Below, piece by piece: positions 1 through 7,734 of a stretch of 40,056 nt of DNA. The stretch covers positions 1 through 40,056 of the forward strand of contig JANOTL010000118.1 in assembly GCA_031416315.1 (NCBI GenBank). The letters are read 5' to 3'. The stretch comes from Pseudomonadota bacterium. Its GTDB lineage: Bacteria > Bdellovibrionota_B > Oligoflexia > Oligoflexales > CAIYRB01. The translations under genes were made by a program, and so were the position numbers. The notes under the pieces were generated by a model. It made no database searches. It was not told where the DNA came from and saw nothing but the letters and a program-made list of their open reading frames with translations. Each line of letters starts with the position of its first letter. The stretch's first letter is position 1.

Positions 1-1737
1 GATGGTCACCGAGCTGTGTACCGTCAGCGTGTTCTGCTGGAACGTGTAGAGGCTCTCGATCGCGGCGTCGAAGCGGATCTCGCGCGTCTTCGCGGCGGCC
101 ACCTGCGACTTCATCGCGGCCGGCGCGCCGATGTGCTTGTAGGCCTGCGACACGATGTCGCCCGCGAGCTTCTGGCGAACGTCGATCGGCAGCGCGTCCT
201 CGCCCGACTTCACGTAGCCGGTGGTCGTGGCCTCGGCGAAGCCGACCTTGTCGCCATCGAACAACGCGACCACGCCCATCTCGCGCGCGGCTCCGTGCGG
301 TCGCACGATCGGGATGTCGAGCGGCTGGCCGACGGTCTGCGGTGCGACCTGCTCCAGCTCGAGCTCGAGCTTGTAGGTGCCCTCCGGCGGGGAGGCAACC
401 TCGATGCCGAGCTGGTAGCGGCCATACGTCGGATCGACCGTGTAGGACTTGGTGCACGGCGTTCCGGCGGGCAGGCTCGTGGCGCCGGCAGGAACGGTGC
501 AGGTCACGGGGCCGTTGGTGCCGAGTTCGACGTTGGCGTCGAAGGTCCATTTGTAGCTTGTCGGCGGGGTCGTGAACTCGCTCTTCTCCATCTCCGGGAT
601 GATGCCCGTGCCGGTGAAGACGACGTCGAGCTTGTCGAGACCGCCGACGGCCTCGTCGGCGAAGCGGTTCTTCAGTTGCTGGTGGTCCAGGTTCATGGTC
701 GTGCCGGCCGCGACCAAGTTGAAGCGGTTGTGGAAGTCGAGGATAAAGCGGCGCTGTTCCCCCATGCGGGTGCCGTCGGCGGCGAGAACCGGGCTGTCGA
801 GGACGCCGTCACCGTCGATGTCCGGGTTGATGTAGCGCAGGGAGACGTCGTCGATGGCGCCGAAGGCGGTCGCGGTCGCCTCGCTCATGGCCGTGCCGCC
901 TAGCACGTCGGCGTAGGTCGCGGTGCTGGTGGCGCGATCGCCGGCGACCGGCGTGATCTCGCCCAGGCTCAACGACTTCGCGCCAGCTCCGGGGGAGATC
1001 GTGTCGAGGGTCTGGGCGCCGAAGCGGCTGACGAGCATGTCTTTGCCGACTTTCGTCGCGTCGACGTAGGCGAGGATCCAGGGCGTCGCCTCGGCGTTTG
1101 CGCCGGGCTTCGCGTCATGACCCCCCGCCTGACTCTCGTCTTGACTCGAGTCCAGCGCTGCGATCGCCTCGGCGTCCGTTTTGCCTTCGATCTGGGCCGC
1201 CACATCCGGATGATCGGCGACGAGGCGAACGCGATCGAGCGCGCCGTCGGGGCCGACGTAGGCTTGAATGCCGCCCTCCGCACTTTCTTCGCCATGCTGA
1301 TCCCCTTCGCCGGGACGCAGGAGCGGCATCTTGAACGCGCCGGTCGCGGGATCAACGGCGACCGCGTATTTCTCGCCGGACTCCGTATTGAGGGCGACGA
1401 CGTGCGTGACGTGCGGCGCCTCAGCGAGGCCGAGCGTGATCGCCAGGGTGCCGGAGACGGAGAAGGTGTCTTCGGGGATGCTCGACGGCAAAGCTGGGAA
1501 AGTGGACGTCGGCGGAATCTGCGTTTGCGGATCGCCAGGAGGCGATTGCGTGGGCTGCGCATCGATCGTTCCGGGGACCACGACCGGCGAGGCGGGCGTC
1601 GCGGGCGCCGGTGCGGGTGATGGCGTCACCGGCTTCGTGCTGCTGGCGTCGCTGTCATTCGCCGGCTGGCAGGACGAAGCGGCGAGCGCGAGCGCGCATG
1701 ATGCCGTCATCGACAAGAGACTGCGCTTCCAAGGCAT
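1..1737 (-). CDS. Large hypothetical lipoprotein, 3'-truncated by the window edge (not in ORF track)
   Basis: Manual translation gives an open frame from ATG 1737 to base 1: MPWKRSLLSMTASCALALAASSC (lipobox ASSC), a Pro/Thr-rich linker and a DIDGDG Ca-binding-like motif. GGAGG lies 6 nt upstream. Strong GC3 bias; the + strand ORFs here are its shadows. Confidence 0.85.
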   Translation of the reverse strand, partial: MPWKRSLLSMTASCALALAASSCQPANDSDASSTKPVTPSPAPAPATPASPVVVPGTIDAQPTQSPPGDPQTQIPPTSTFPALPSSIPEDTFSVSGTLAITLGLAEAPHVTHVVALNTESGEKYAVAVDPATGAFKMPLLRPGEGDQHGEESAEGGIQAYVGPDGALDRVRLVADHPDVAAQIEGKTDAEAIAALDSSQDESQAGGHDAKPGANAEATPWILAYVDATKVGKDMLVSRFGAQTLDTISPGAGAKSLSLGEITPVAGDRATSTATYADVLGGTAMSEATATAFGAIDDVSLRYINPDIDGDGVLDSPVLAADGTRMGEQRRFILDFHNRFNLVAAGTTMNLDHQQLKNRFADEAVGGLDKLDVVFTGTGIIPEMEKSEFTTPPTSYKWTFDANVELGTNGPVTCTVPAGATSLPAGTPCTKSYTVDPTYGRYQLGIEVASPPEGTYKLELELEQVAPQTVGQPLDIPIVRPHGAAREMGVVALFDGDKVGFAEATTTGYVKSGEDALPIDVRQKLAGDIVSQAYKHIGAPAAMKSQVAAAKTREIRFDAAIESLYTFQQNTLTVHSSVTI

Positions 1738-1829
1738 CACGAACCTCCCGGAACCGGATTCAAGGGCCAACCGCTCCTTCGACAAGTCCGCGGCAAAGCT
1801 CAAGAAAATTTCCGATTACGGGAGTCTAG

Positions 1830-3713
1830 TCAACGACCTATGATGGCAAGCGCCAGCTCGATCTTGCCGAACGGCGCCGACAGCTGAATGCCGTGCACTT
1901 TCTCGGTGAGCTTCTCCACCATTTCGGCGGCGATCTCGATGCCGACCTTCTTGGCGTCTTCGGGATCGGTGACGGCTTCCATCCGCCGCATGATCGGCTC
2001 GGGAATGACGACGCCCGGGACCTCGTTGTTCATGAAGACGGCGTTGCGGTGGCTGAGGAGCGGCCAGACGCCGGCGATGATCGGAATCTTGAGCTTCAGC
2101 TTGTGGCACTTATCGAGAAAGCGCCACATCGCCTCGAGGTCGAACACGGGCTGCGTGATCGCCCACTCGGCGCCGGCCTCGACCTTGTACTTGAAGCGCT
2201 TCATCTCGTAATCGAAATCACGGTGCACCGGGTTGACGCCGACGCCGACGGAGAGCGCCGTGGGCGCCCCGATCGGTCGGCCGCCGAGGTCGATGCCGCC
2301 GTTCAAGCGATGCACCATGTTGGTGAGGCCGATCGCGTCGACGTCGAAGACGCCCGTCGCGTTCGGGTAACTCCCCATTTTCGGCGGATCACCGGTGACG
2401 AGGAGCAGGTTGCGCAGGCCGATCGCGTGCGCGCCGAGCATGTCCGACTGCATCCCGAGAAGGTTACGGTCGCGGCACGTGTAGTGAAGGACGGTCTCGA
2501 TGCCGGCGCGTTGCTCGATCATCACGGCGGTCAGGATCGCGCTCATGCGGGCCGAGGCGCGCGGGCCGTCGGGGATGTTGACGGCGTCGATCCCGGCTTT
2601 TTTCAGCGCGGCAGAGCTGGCGAGGATTTTCTCCGGCGAGACGCCCTGCGGAGGCAGGAGCTCGACCGAATAGACCTTCTCGCCGCGGGCGATCTTCCGC
2701 GCCCATAAGGACTTCTCCACGGCCGGAACGCGGGTGGCCTCGGGCGCCTTGCCCGCCTCTAGCGCGGCGGAGAGCTCGACCTTGGTCCGTTTCTTCGGCG
2801 GCGGCGTCGAGCCGCCCGCGAGCGCCTTGTAGTGACGGATGGCGTTGGCCATCGAGCGCACGTGCTCGGCGCCGGTGCCGCAACAGCCGCCGACGAACTG
2901 CACGCCGGCCTGGAGAAAGTTCTTGGCGAACTCGGCCATGTACTCCGGCGTCGACATGTAGATCTGACGACCTTCGACGTCCTTTGGCAGGCCGGCGTTC
3001 GGCTGGAAGGAAATCGGCTTTAGCGTCGCGGCGCGGATGCGCGCGATAGCGGTCATCATCGGCGCCGGACCGACCGAGCAGTTGAGGCCGACGGCCTCGA
3101 CGCCCCATTCGTCCAGCTTCTTCATCGCCCATTCGAGGGGCGTCCCCATCGGCGTCTGGCCGTCGGGGTTGATGACGAGATGCGCGATGATCGGCAGCGC
3201 GGGGCTGACGTCGCGCGCGGCCAGAATGGCCTGGTGAATCTCGCTGATGTCGGAGAAGGTCTCGAAGCAGACGACGTCGATGCCGCCTTCGACGAGGCCC
3301 GCGATCTGCTCGCGGAACGCGGCGCGCGCTTCCTCGAAGGAGGTCGGGCCCCAGGGCTCGATGCGCACGCCGAGCGGGCCGACCGAGCCGGCGACGTAGG
3401 CTTGATCCTTCGCGACGGCGCGCGCCAAGACGCCCGCCTCGCGGTTGATCTGATGCACCTTGTCGTGGAGATTGTGGCCACGAAGCTTGAAGGCGTTGGC
3501 GCCGAAGCTGTTGGTCGTAATGACCTGAGCGCCGGCGGCGAGGTACTCGGCGTGCACCTCTTTCACCAGGTTCGGGTTCGAGAGGTTGGCGTCCTCGAAG
3601 CACCGGTTGATGAACACACCCTTGTTGTACAGAGCCGTGCCCATGGCCCCGTCGAAGAGCAACGGCTCCCCGGCAGAGACGACGTCACGGAACGGTTTCA
3701 GCGAGTTATTCAC
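1830..3713 (-). CDS. yitJ: Bifunctional homocysteine S-methyltransferase / 5,10-methylenetetrahydrofolate reductase
   Basis: DGAMGT, GLNCSVGP, PNAGLP and GGCCGT (Hcy-binding Zn domain), then an MTHFR domain (SVELLPP, DGPRASARMS, HYTCRDRN, VTGDPP, ITQPVFD). Start moved to GTG 3713; the track gives 3791. Confidence 0.93.
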   Translation of the reverse strand: MNNSLKPFRDVVSAGEPLLFDGAMGTALYNKGVFINRCFEDANLSNPNLVKEVHAEYLAAGAQVITTNSFGANAFKLRGHNLHDKVHQINREAGVLARAVAKDQAYVAGSVGPLGVRIEPWGPTSFEEARAAFREQIAGLVEGGIDVVCFETFSDISEIHQAILAARDVSPALPIIAHLVINPDGQTPMGTPLEWAMKKLDEWGVEAVGLNCSVGPAPMMTAIARIRAATLKPISFQPNAGLPKDVEGRQIYMSTPEYMAEFAKNFLQAGVQFVGGCCGTGAEHVRSMANAIRHYKALAGGSTPPPKKRTKVELSAALEAGKAPEATRVPAVEKSLWARKIARGEKVYSVELLPPQGVSPEKILASSAALKKAGIDAVNIPDGPRASARMSAILTAVMIEQRAGIETVLHYTCRDRNLLGMQSDMLGAHAIGLRNLLLVTGDPPKMGSYPNATGVFDVDAIGLTNMVHRLNGGIDLGGRPIGAPTALSVGVGVNPVHRDFDYEMKRFKYKVEAGAEWAITQPVFDLEAMWRFLDKCHKLKLKIPIIAGVWPLLSHRNAVFMNNEVPGVVIPEPIMRRMEAVTDPEDAKKVGIEIAAEMVEKLTEKVHGIQLSAPFGKIELALAIIGR

Positions 3714-3811
3714 GCGGATTCGGCGTCCTCGGCGTAGGGCTCGAAACAATTGGCTCAGGCGCGGGATCCTAGCATAAGCTTGAAAAAACAATAGTCTGAA
3801 AGGAAATCCTC

Positions 3812-4441
3812 ATGCGCATTTTGTTGGCGCTCGCCTCGGGCCTGGCCCTGGCCCTGGCGATTCTCGGATGCGCCAAGGACTCCGACGACGAGGGCAAAGC
3901 CGGCAAAGGCGACGGCGAAGGTGACGCGACGGCCGCGGCCGCGGCGGCGCCCTATTACGGAACCTACCAGACGACCGAGCGTCTCCGGACGGGAACAGGT
4001 TGCGACGAGACGAGCTTCCGCGAGGCCGACTCCTGGGAGTTCAAGGACCCGTTTTTCAAGCTCTCCTCGGCCGAATTCTTCGGCCAGACCGTGCCCCTCA
4101 CCTACTACTCCTGCAACTCCGCGACGGAATGCTCGACCTCGATGATGCTCAACTGGACTTTCGAGCGCTTCGAGGACGGCCTTTGGAAGGCCGCGGAGAC
4201 CCTGTCGGCCTCGCCTTCGAGCGACGCCGGGAAATGCTGGTTCAGCTTCAGCTTCGCCTCGGCGGCGCTCGCCGGGACGACCTTGGAGCTGCGCGAGGAG
4301 CGGTACTCGGGCGAGGTACCGCTAGCCGCAGGGATGAAGTCGTGCACGGGCGAAGAGGGCGGTCTCGACAAGCTCCTGGAGGCCAACCGCTCGACACTGG
4401 CCTGCAGCAGCATTCTCCGCGTCCGAGCGACCAAGCTGTAG
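3812..4441 (+). CDS. Hypothetical lipoprotein with several Cys
   Basis: AAGGA RBS, signal peptide with lipobox ILGC, GC3-biased codons, no recognised domain. Confidence 0.8.
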   Translation: MRILLALASGLALALAILGCAKDSDDEGKAGKGDGEGDATAAAAAAPYYGTYQTTERLRTGTGCDETSFREADSWEFKDPFFKLSSAEFFGQTVPLTYYSCNSATECSTSMMLNWTFERFEDGLWKAAETLSASPSSDAGKCWFSFSFASAALAGTTLELREERYSGEVPLAAGMKSCTGEEGGLDKLLEANRSTLACSSILRVRATKL

Positions 4442-4457
4442 ACGCGAATACCGGGCA

Positions 4458-4501
4458 TAAGCCGTTGATTTGACGGTCATGCGGGCTGGCCGGCTTCTTG
4501 A
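4458..4501 (+). promoter_or_regulatory. IHF-like site plus sigma54-like promoter
   Basis: TAAGCCGTTGATT (4458-4470) matches the IHF consensus YAANNNNTTGATW. TGGC-N7-TTGA (4487-4501) fits -24/-12 spacing but has GA instead of GC at -12. Confidence 0.4.
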
Positions 4502-4540
4502 AAGAAGGGCGCGACCCTTGATTCAGATGCCGGAGCCCTC

Positions 4541-5830
4541 GTGAAACTCGTCACCGTCAGCACGTTGCTGCTCGCCGCTACCGTTTACGCTTGTGGCTCG
4601 ACCGACATCGGCTCTGGCCCGGACAATGCCGCGATCCTTGCTGCCGACAACGCCGACGCCGCCCCGGGTAGCTACGACGTGAGCGTGCCGAAGCTCCTCT
4701 CCGACGCCAAAATCGCGCGGTACAAAGCGGCCCTGCCGAAGATCGCCGTGCCGCGCCTCCAACGCGTTTTCGAGGACGCGAACACTTTGTGGTACGACCA
4801 CGAGGTGATGCCGCCTTCCTATCAGGACAGCGTCGCCCCGGACGTGACGGTCGGCTGCCGCCCGAACGCCGAAGGCCCGAGCCTGATCAACATCATCCCG
4901 GGCGGCCGGCAGATGTTCAGCGATGACGGCAAGACGTTCAACTATCCGTTCGGGCACACGGCCGGCACCGACAAGTCGACCAACGTCTATGTCGTCGACT
5001 TCGTCTCACTCCCGGTCGTCGACGGCAAGCTGCAACCGGTCGCGTACTGGATCGTCAACGGCAACCGCGGCGGTTTCGGCCTGGTGCAGTGGCAATGGAT
5101 GTTCCCGAAGGGCACGCTCTTCGGCGAGATGATCTTCGTGAAAGACGGCAGCGGCAACCTTTACCCCGCGGAGCTCAGAACGCGCGAGCGCTGGCTCTCC
5201 GGCTGGGCGACGAACGCGTATCGGCCGTTCCCGACGGCTTCGTCCCTGGCGGAAGCGATCAAGGCGAAAAGACCACAGTGGCAAGCCAACGCGGCGCTCA
5301 AGGCCGCAGTCGAGCACCTCGAAGGTCAAGGCTCGTTGCAGGCGAAGAAGGTCGGCTCGAAGATCTATCCCGGCGTCTTCGAGCAAGACGGCGTCATCGA
5401 CACGATCCCCGCGCTAGGCGACGACGCTTTGGTGAAGGAGCTCCTGACGCAGACGACGTTCGTCTCGGCTTACGGCGACACGTGGAAGACGGTCGGCGGC
5501 CAGAAGACCTATGCGGCGTCGACCTCGGCGAGCTTCGGCGTCACGCCGAACAACTACGATGCAGGCCTGATCGAAGTGCGCGACGAGTCCTGCCAGCGTT
5601 GCCATAAGGATGCTCAGCATTCGATCGAGGATTTCAACGACAACGCGGTGCTCTACGGCGACGTGTGGGGCTCGGACCAGATCTTCTCGTGGCATCCGTT
5701 CGACACGCAGCTGTGCCACGGGGCCGCCGAGGACAACCGGGCGGTGCGGCCGATCTTCAAGTCGAGCGGCTTCGTGCAGAAGTATGATGCGTCCGTGCAT
5801 CGGGCTGAGATGTATCAGAAGTTGAAGTAA
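4541..5830 (+). CDS. Putative monoheme c-type cytochrome lipoprotein
   Basis: Lipobox VYAC, single CQRCH motif near the C-terminus, FPKGT motif, GGAG RBS before GTG. Confidence 0.7.
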   Translation: MKLVTVSTLLLAATVYACGSTDIGSGPDNAAILAADNADAAPGSYDVSVPKLLSDAKIARYKAALPKIAVPRLQRVFEDANTLWYDHEVMPPSYQDSVAPDVTVGCRPNAEGPSLINIIPGGRQMFSDDGKTFNYPFGHTAGTDKSTNVYVVDFVSLPVVDGKLQPVAYWIVNGNRGGFGLVQWQWMFPKGTLFGEMIFVKDGSGNLYPAELRTRERWLSGWATNAYRPFPTASSLAEAIKAKRPQWQANAALKAAVEHLEGQGSLQAKKVGSKIYPGVFEQDGVIDTIPALGDDALVKELLTQTTFVSAYGDTWKTVGGQKTYAASTSASFGVTPNNYDAGLIEVRDESCQRCHKDAQHSIEDFNDNAVLYGDVWGSDQIFSWHPFDTQLCHGAAEDNRAVRPIFKSSGFVQKYDASVHRAEMYQKLK

Positions 5831-5834
5831 GGCA

Positions 5835-5875
5835 TTTTACCGCAGAGAACTCTGCGTTCTCTGCGGCAAAAAAAA
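5835..5875. terminator. Inverted repeat between convergent genes (terminator or REP-like hairpin)
   Basis: CCGCAGAGAAC-TCTGC-GTTCTCTGCGG (11-bp perfect stem, 5840-5866) flanked by TTTT and A8. The T tracts lie 5' of the stem on both strands, so it is not a canonical intrinsic terminator. Confidence 0.5.
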
Positions 5876-5878
5876 TAC

Positions 5879-6649
5879 CTACAGCTTCCGCAGCTTCCCA
5901 CTGCCCCGAATCTCCGCGCTCTTCAGCTTAGGCTCGCCCTTGTAGGAAACGTTGCCGCTGCCGCGGATCGCGACCTCGAGCTCTTCGATCTTCGCGAGGA
6001 CGACGTTGCCGCTGCCGCTGACGTCGACTTTCGCGGCGTCGCAGGCGAGCCTCGAAGCATCGACGTCGCCGGAGCCGCGGACCTCGAGAAGGCACTTCTG
6101 CGTCTTGCCGGCGAGCTCGGCTTCGCCCGAGCCGCGCACCGAGATCTCGGCCGAGGCGCAGGCGAGGTCCTTCGCCTCGATGTCGCCGGCGCCGGAGATC
6201 TCGAGACGGCAGGAGGCCGCGGTCGTGCCCGCGGCCTGCTTCAGGGTCAGATCGCCGGCGCCGGAGATCGAGAGAGTGATCGTCTTCACCTGCGGCAAGG
6301 TCGCGTCGAGGTCGCCGGCGCCGCGGACGGTCAGGCTGACCTCGTCATCTTTGGCGAAGGCCGAAACGACCGTGATCGCGATCTCCGGGTTGCCGTCGCA
6401 GACGTCGTCGTCGGACGGTTTGATCTCCACCTTGCCGCCCAATTGGTCGACCTTGATCTTCGCTTGCTGCGCTTCCGAGGCGGAGATCGACAGCTGCGGC
6501 TCGACGCCCTGCGCGAGCTGGACGTCGAAGCAGCCGGAGACCGTCAGGCTTTGGAACGGCTTGAGCTTGGTAAGCTTTTCGACGTTGCCGGCCGCTTGCG
6601 CGGCAGCCGATGTCGTAACGGCGAGGACGAGAGCGAGGGCAAGGCGCAT
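5879..6649 (-). CDS. Head GIN domain (DUF2807-like) beta-helix exported protein
   Basis: Signal peptide (AQA) and repeated xSGAGD/RGSGD turns, ending GSGNVSYKGEP...GSGKLRKL. Confidence 0.88.
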   Translation of the reverse strand: MRLALALVLAVTTSAAAQAAGNVEKLTKLKPFQSLTVSGCFDVQLAQGVEPQLSISASEAQQAKIKVDQLGGKVEIKPSDDDVCDGNPEIAITVVSAFAKDDEVSLTVRGAGDLDATLPQVKTITLSISGAGDLTLKQAAGTTAASCRLEISGAGDIEAKDLACASAEISVRGSGEAELAGKTQKCLLEVRGSGDVDASRLACDAAKVDVSGSGNVVLAKIEELEVAIRGSGNVSYKGEPKLKSAEIRGSGKLRKL

Positions 6650-6798
6650 GGCGTGAGGCTCCAGTGAGGTTGCGACCCTCCGTCTACACGAAAGCTCAGG
6701 GCTGGAGCAACTTGTCGGGGATCAGGATCACACCCCGGCCGGACGCCTACGCCTAAGTCCAGGTCTACGCTCAGGTTTTGCGGACGCCGGCGGCGCGC

Positions 6799-7734
6799 TC
6801 AGCGCGGCCGGAAGTCGAAGGGCGGATACTCGACCGGCACGGCCTCGCCGGCGCCCGGACGCGGGAACTTCCAGCGCTTCAGCTCGCGAGAGACGCAGCC
6901 CTTGAAGGAGTCCTTCTGCCGCTCGTCGCTCACCGCGAACTCGCGGTAGGCGACGCCGACGACCCGGCCTTTCTCACTGACGGTGAGCGTGACGGCGAGT
7001 CGTCCGGTGGCGTCCTTCTTCTTGCGGACGACCTCGTCCCAGCACTTGCGGACCTTCGGCGCATTCTTGCGGAAGACAGAAAGCGCGTCTTCCGGGGCGA
7101 TGCCGTAGGCCGGGCCTGAGAGCTTTAGGGCGTCCTCGTCGAGCTTCACTGGCGCGGCGGCCGGCCTTAGGACGTAGCGAGCATAGATCTCGACGGGGCC
7201 GGCGACCTCGTTCTTGCGCAAGCCGAGCGTTTTCAGGCGCTCGCGGAAACAGCCGATCAGAGTGCCGTCGGTCAGGCCGTGGTCGAACGTGACGGATTGC
7301 ACCACGCCCTTCGGCGCCGCGATCCTGAACGACAGGGTGCCGTTCGGCTTCACGCCCAGCTCCTTCCAGGCGAGGAGCGTCTTGTCGTAGCAGACCTTGA
7401 GCTCGGGTATCGCGTCCTTCAGCGCCTTCTCGGCCTCGTCGGTGCTGAGCGGGGCGGCCGTGCCGCTGCGCTTCGTCGTCTGCTCGGGCAGGCCCAAGCA
7501 GCGCTTCATGAACACGTTGTCGGCGACGCCGGCGTCGATCATTTTCTGGAAGCAGTCCTGATAGCGCTGCAGCTGGGGGCTGTCGGGAGCTTCTGGCGGC
7601 GACGGCTGGCCGGGCCGCGGCGGCACGGGCAGGTCGGCCGGGGCCGGCGGCGGCGGCGGCGGATCGTGCTCGCCGGCGGCCGCGAGCACGGTGCACAGCG
7701 GGACGAAGAGGAGGACCGCGAGGCGGCGCCGCAT
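6799..7734 (-). CDS. Exported protein with two tandem AgmX/PglI C-terminal (TonB-C-like) domains
   Basis: Signal peptide and poly-Pro linker. Domain 1: LKVCYDKTL..GTLSFRI..GCF. Domain 2: VRKCWDE..GRLAVTLTVSEKGRV..GCV..RWKFPRP..VEYPPFDF. Confidence 0.8.
   Translation of the reverse strand: MRRRLAVLLFVPLCTVLAAAGEHDPPPPPPAPADLPVPPRPGQPSPPEAPDSPQLQRYQDCFQKMIDAGVADNVFMKRCLGLPEQTTKRSGTAAPLSTDEAEKALKDAIPELKVCYDKTLLAWKELGVKPNGTLSFRIAAPKGVVQSVTFDHGLTDGTLIGCFRERLKTLGLRKNEVAGPVEIYARYVLRPAAAPVKLDEDALKLSGPAYGIAPEDALSVFRKNAPKVRKCWDEVVRKKKDATGRLAVTLTVSEKGRVVGVAYREFAVSDERQKDSFKGCVSRELKRWKFPRPGAGEAVPVEYPPFDFRPR

Noticed and set aside
16..1843. Plus-strand ORFs 16..903, 1117..1620 and 1331..1843
   Set aside because: Shadows of the minus-strand lipoprotein gene. 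Long antisense ORFs throughout the window (e.g. 10814..12520, 17253..19031, 20585..22114, 31279..32829) are expected from high GC3 and have no motifs.
3714..3811. Possible SAM or other riboswitch upstream of yitJ
   Set aside because: Only 98 nt shared with a divergent gene, and no recognisable aptamer.
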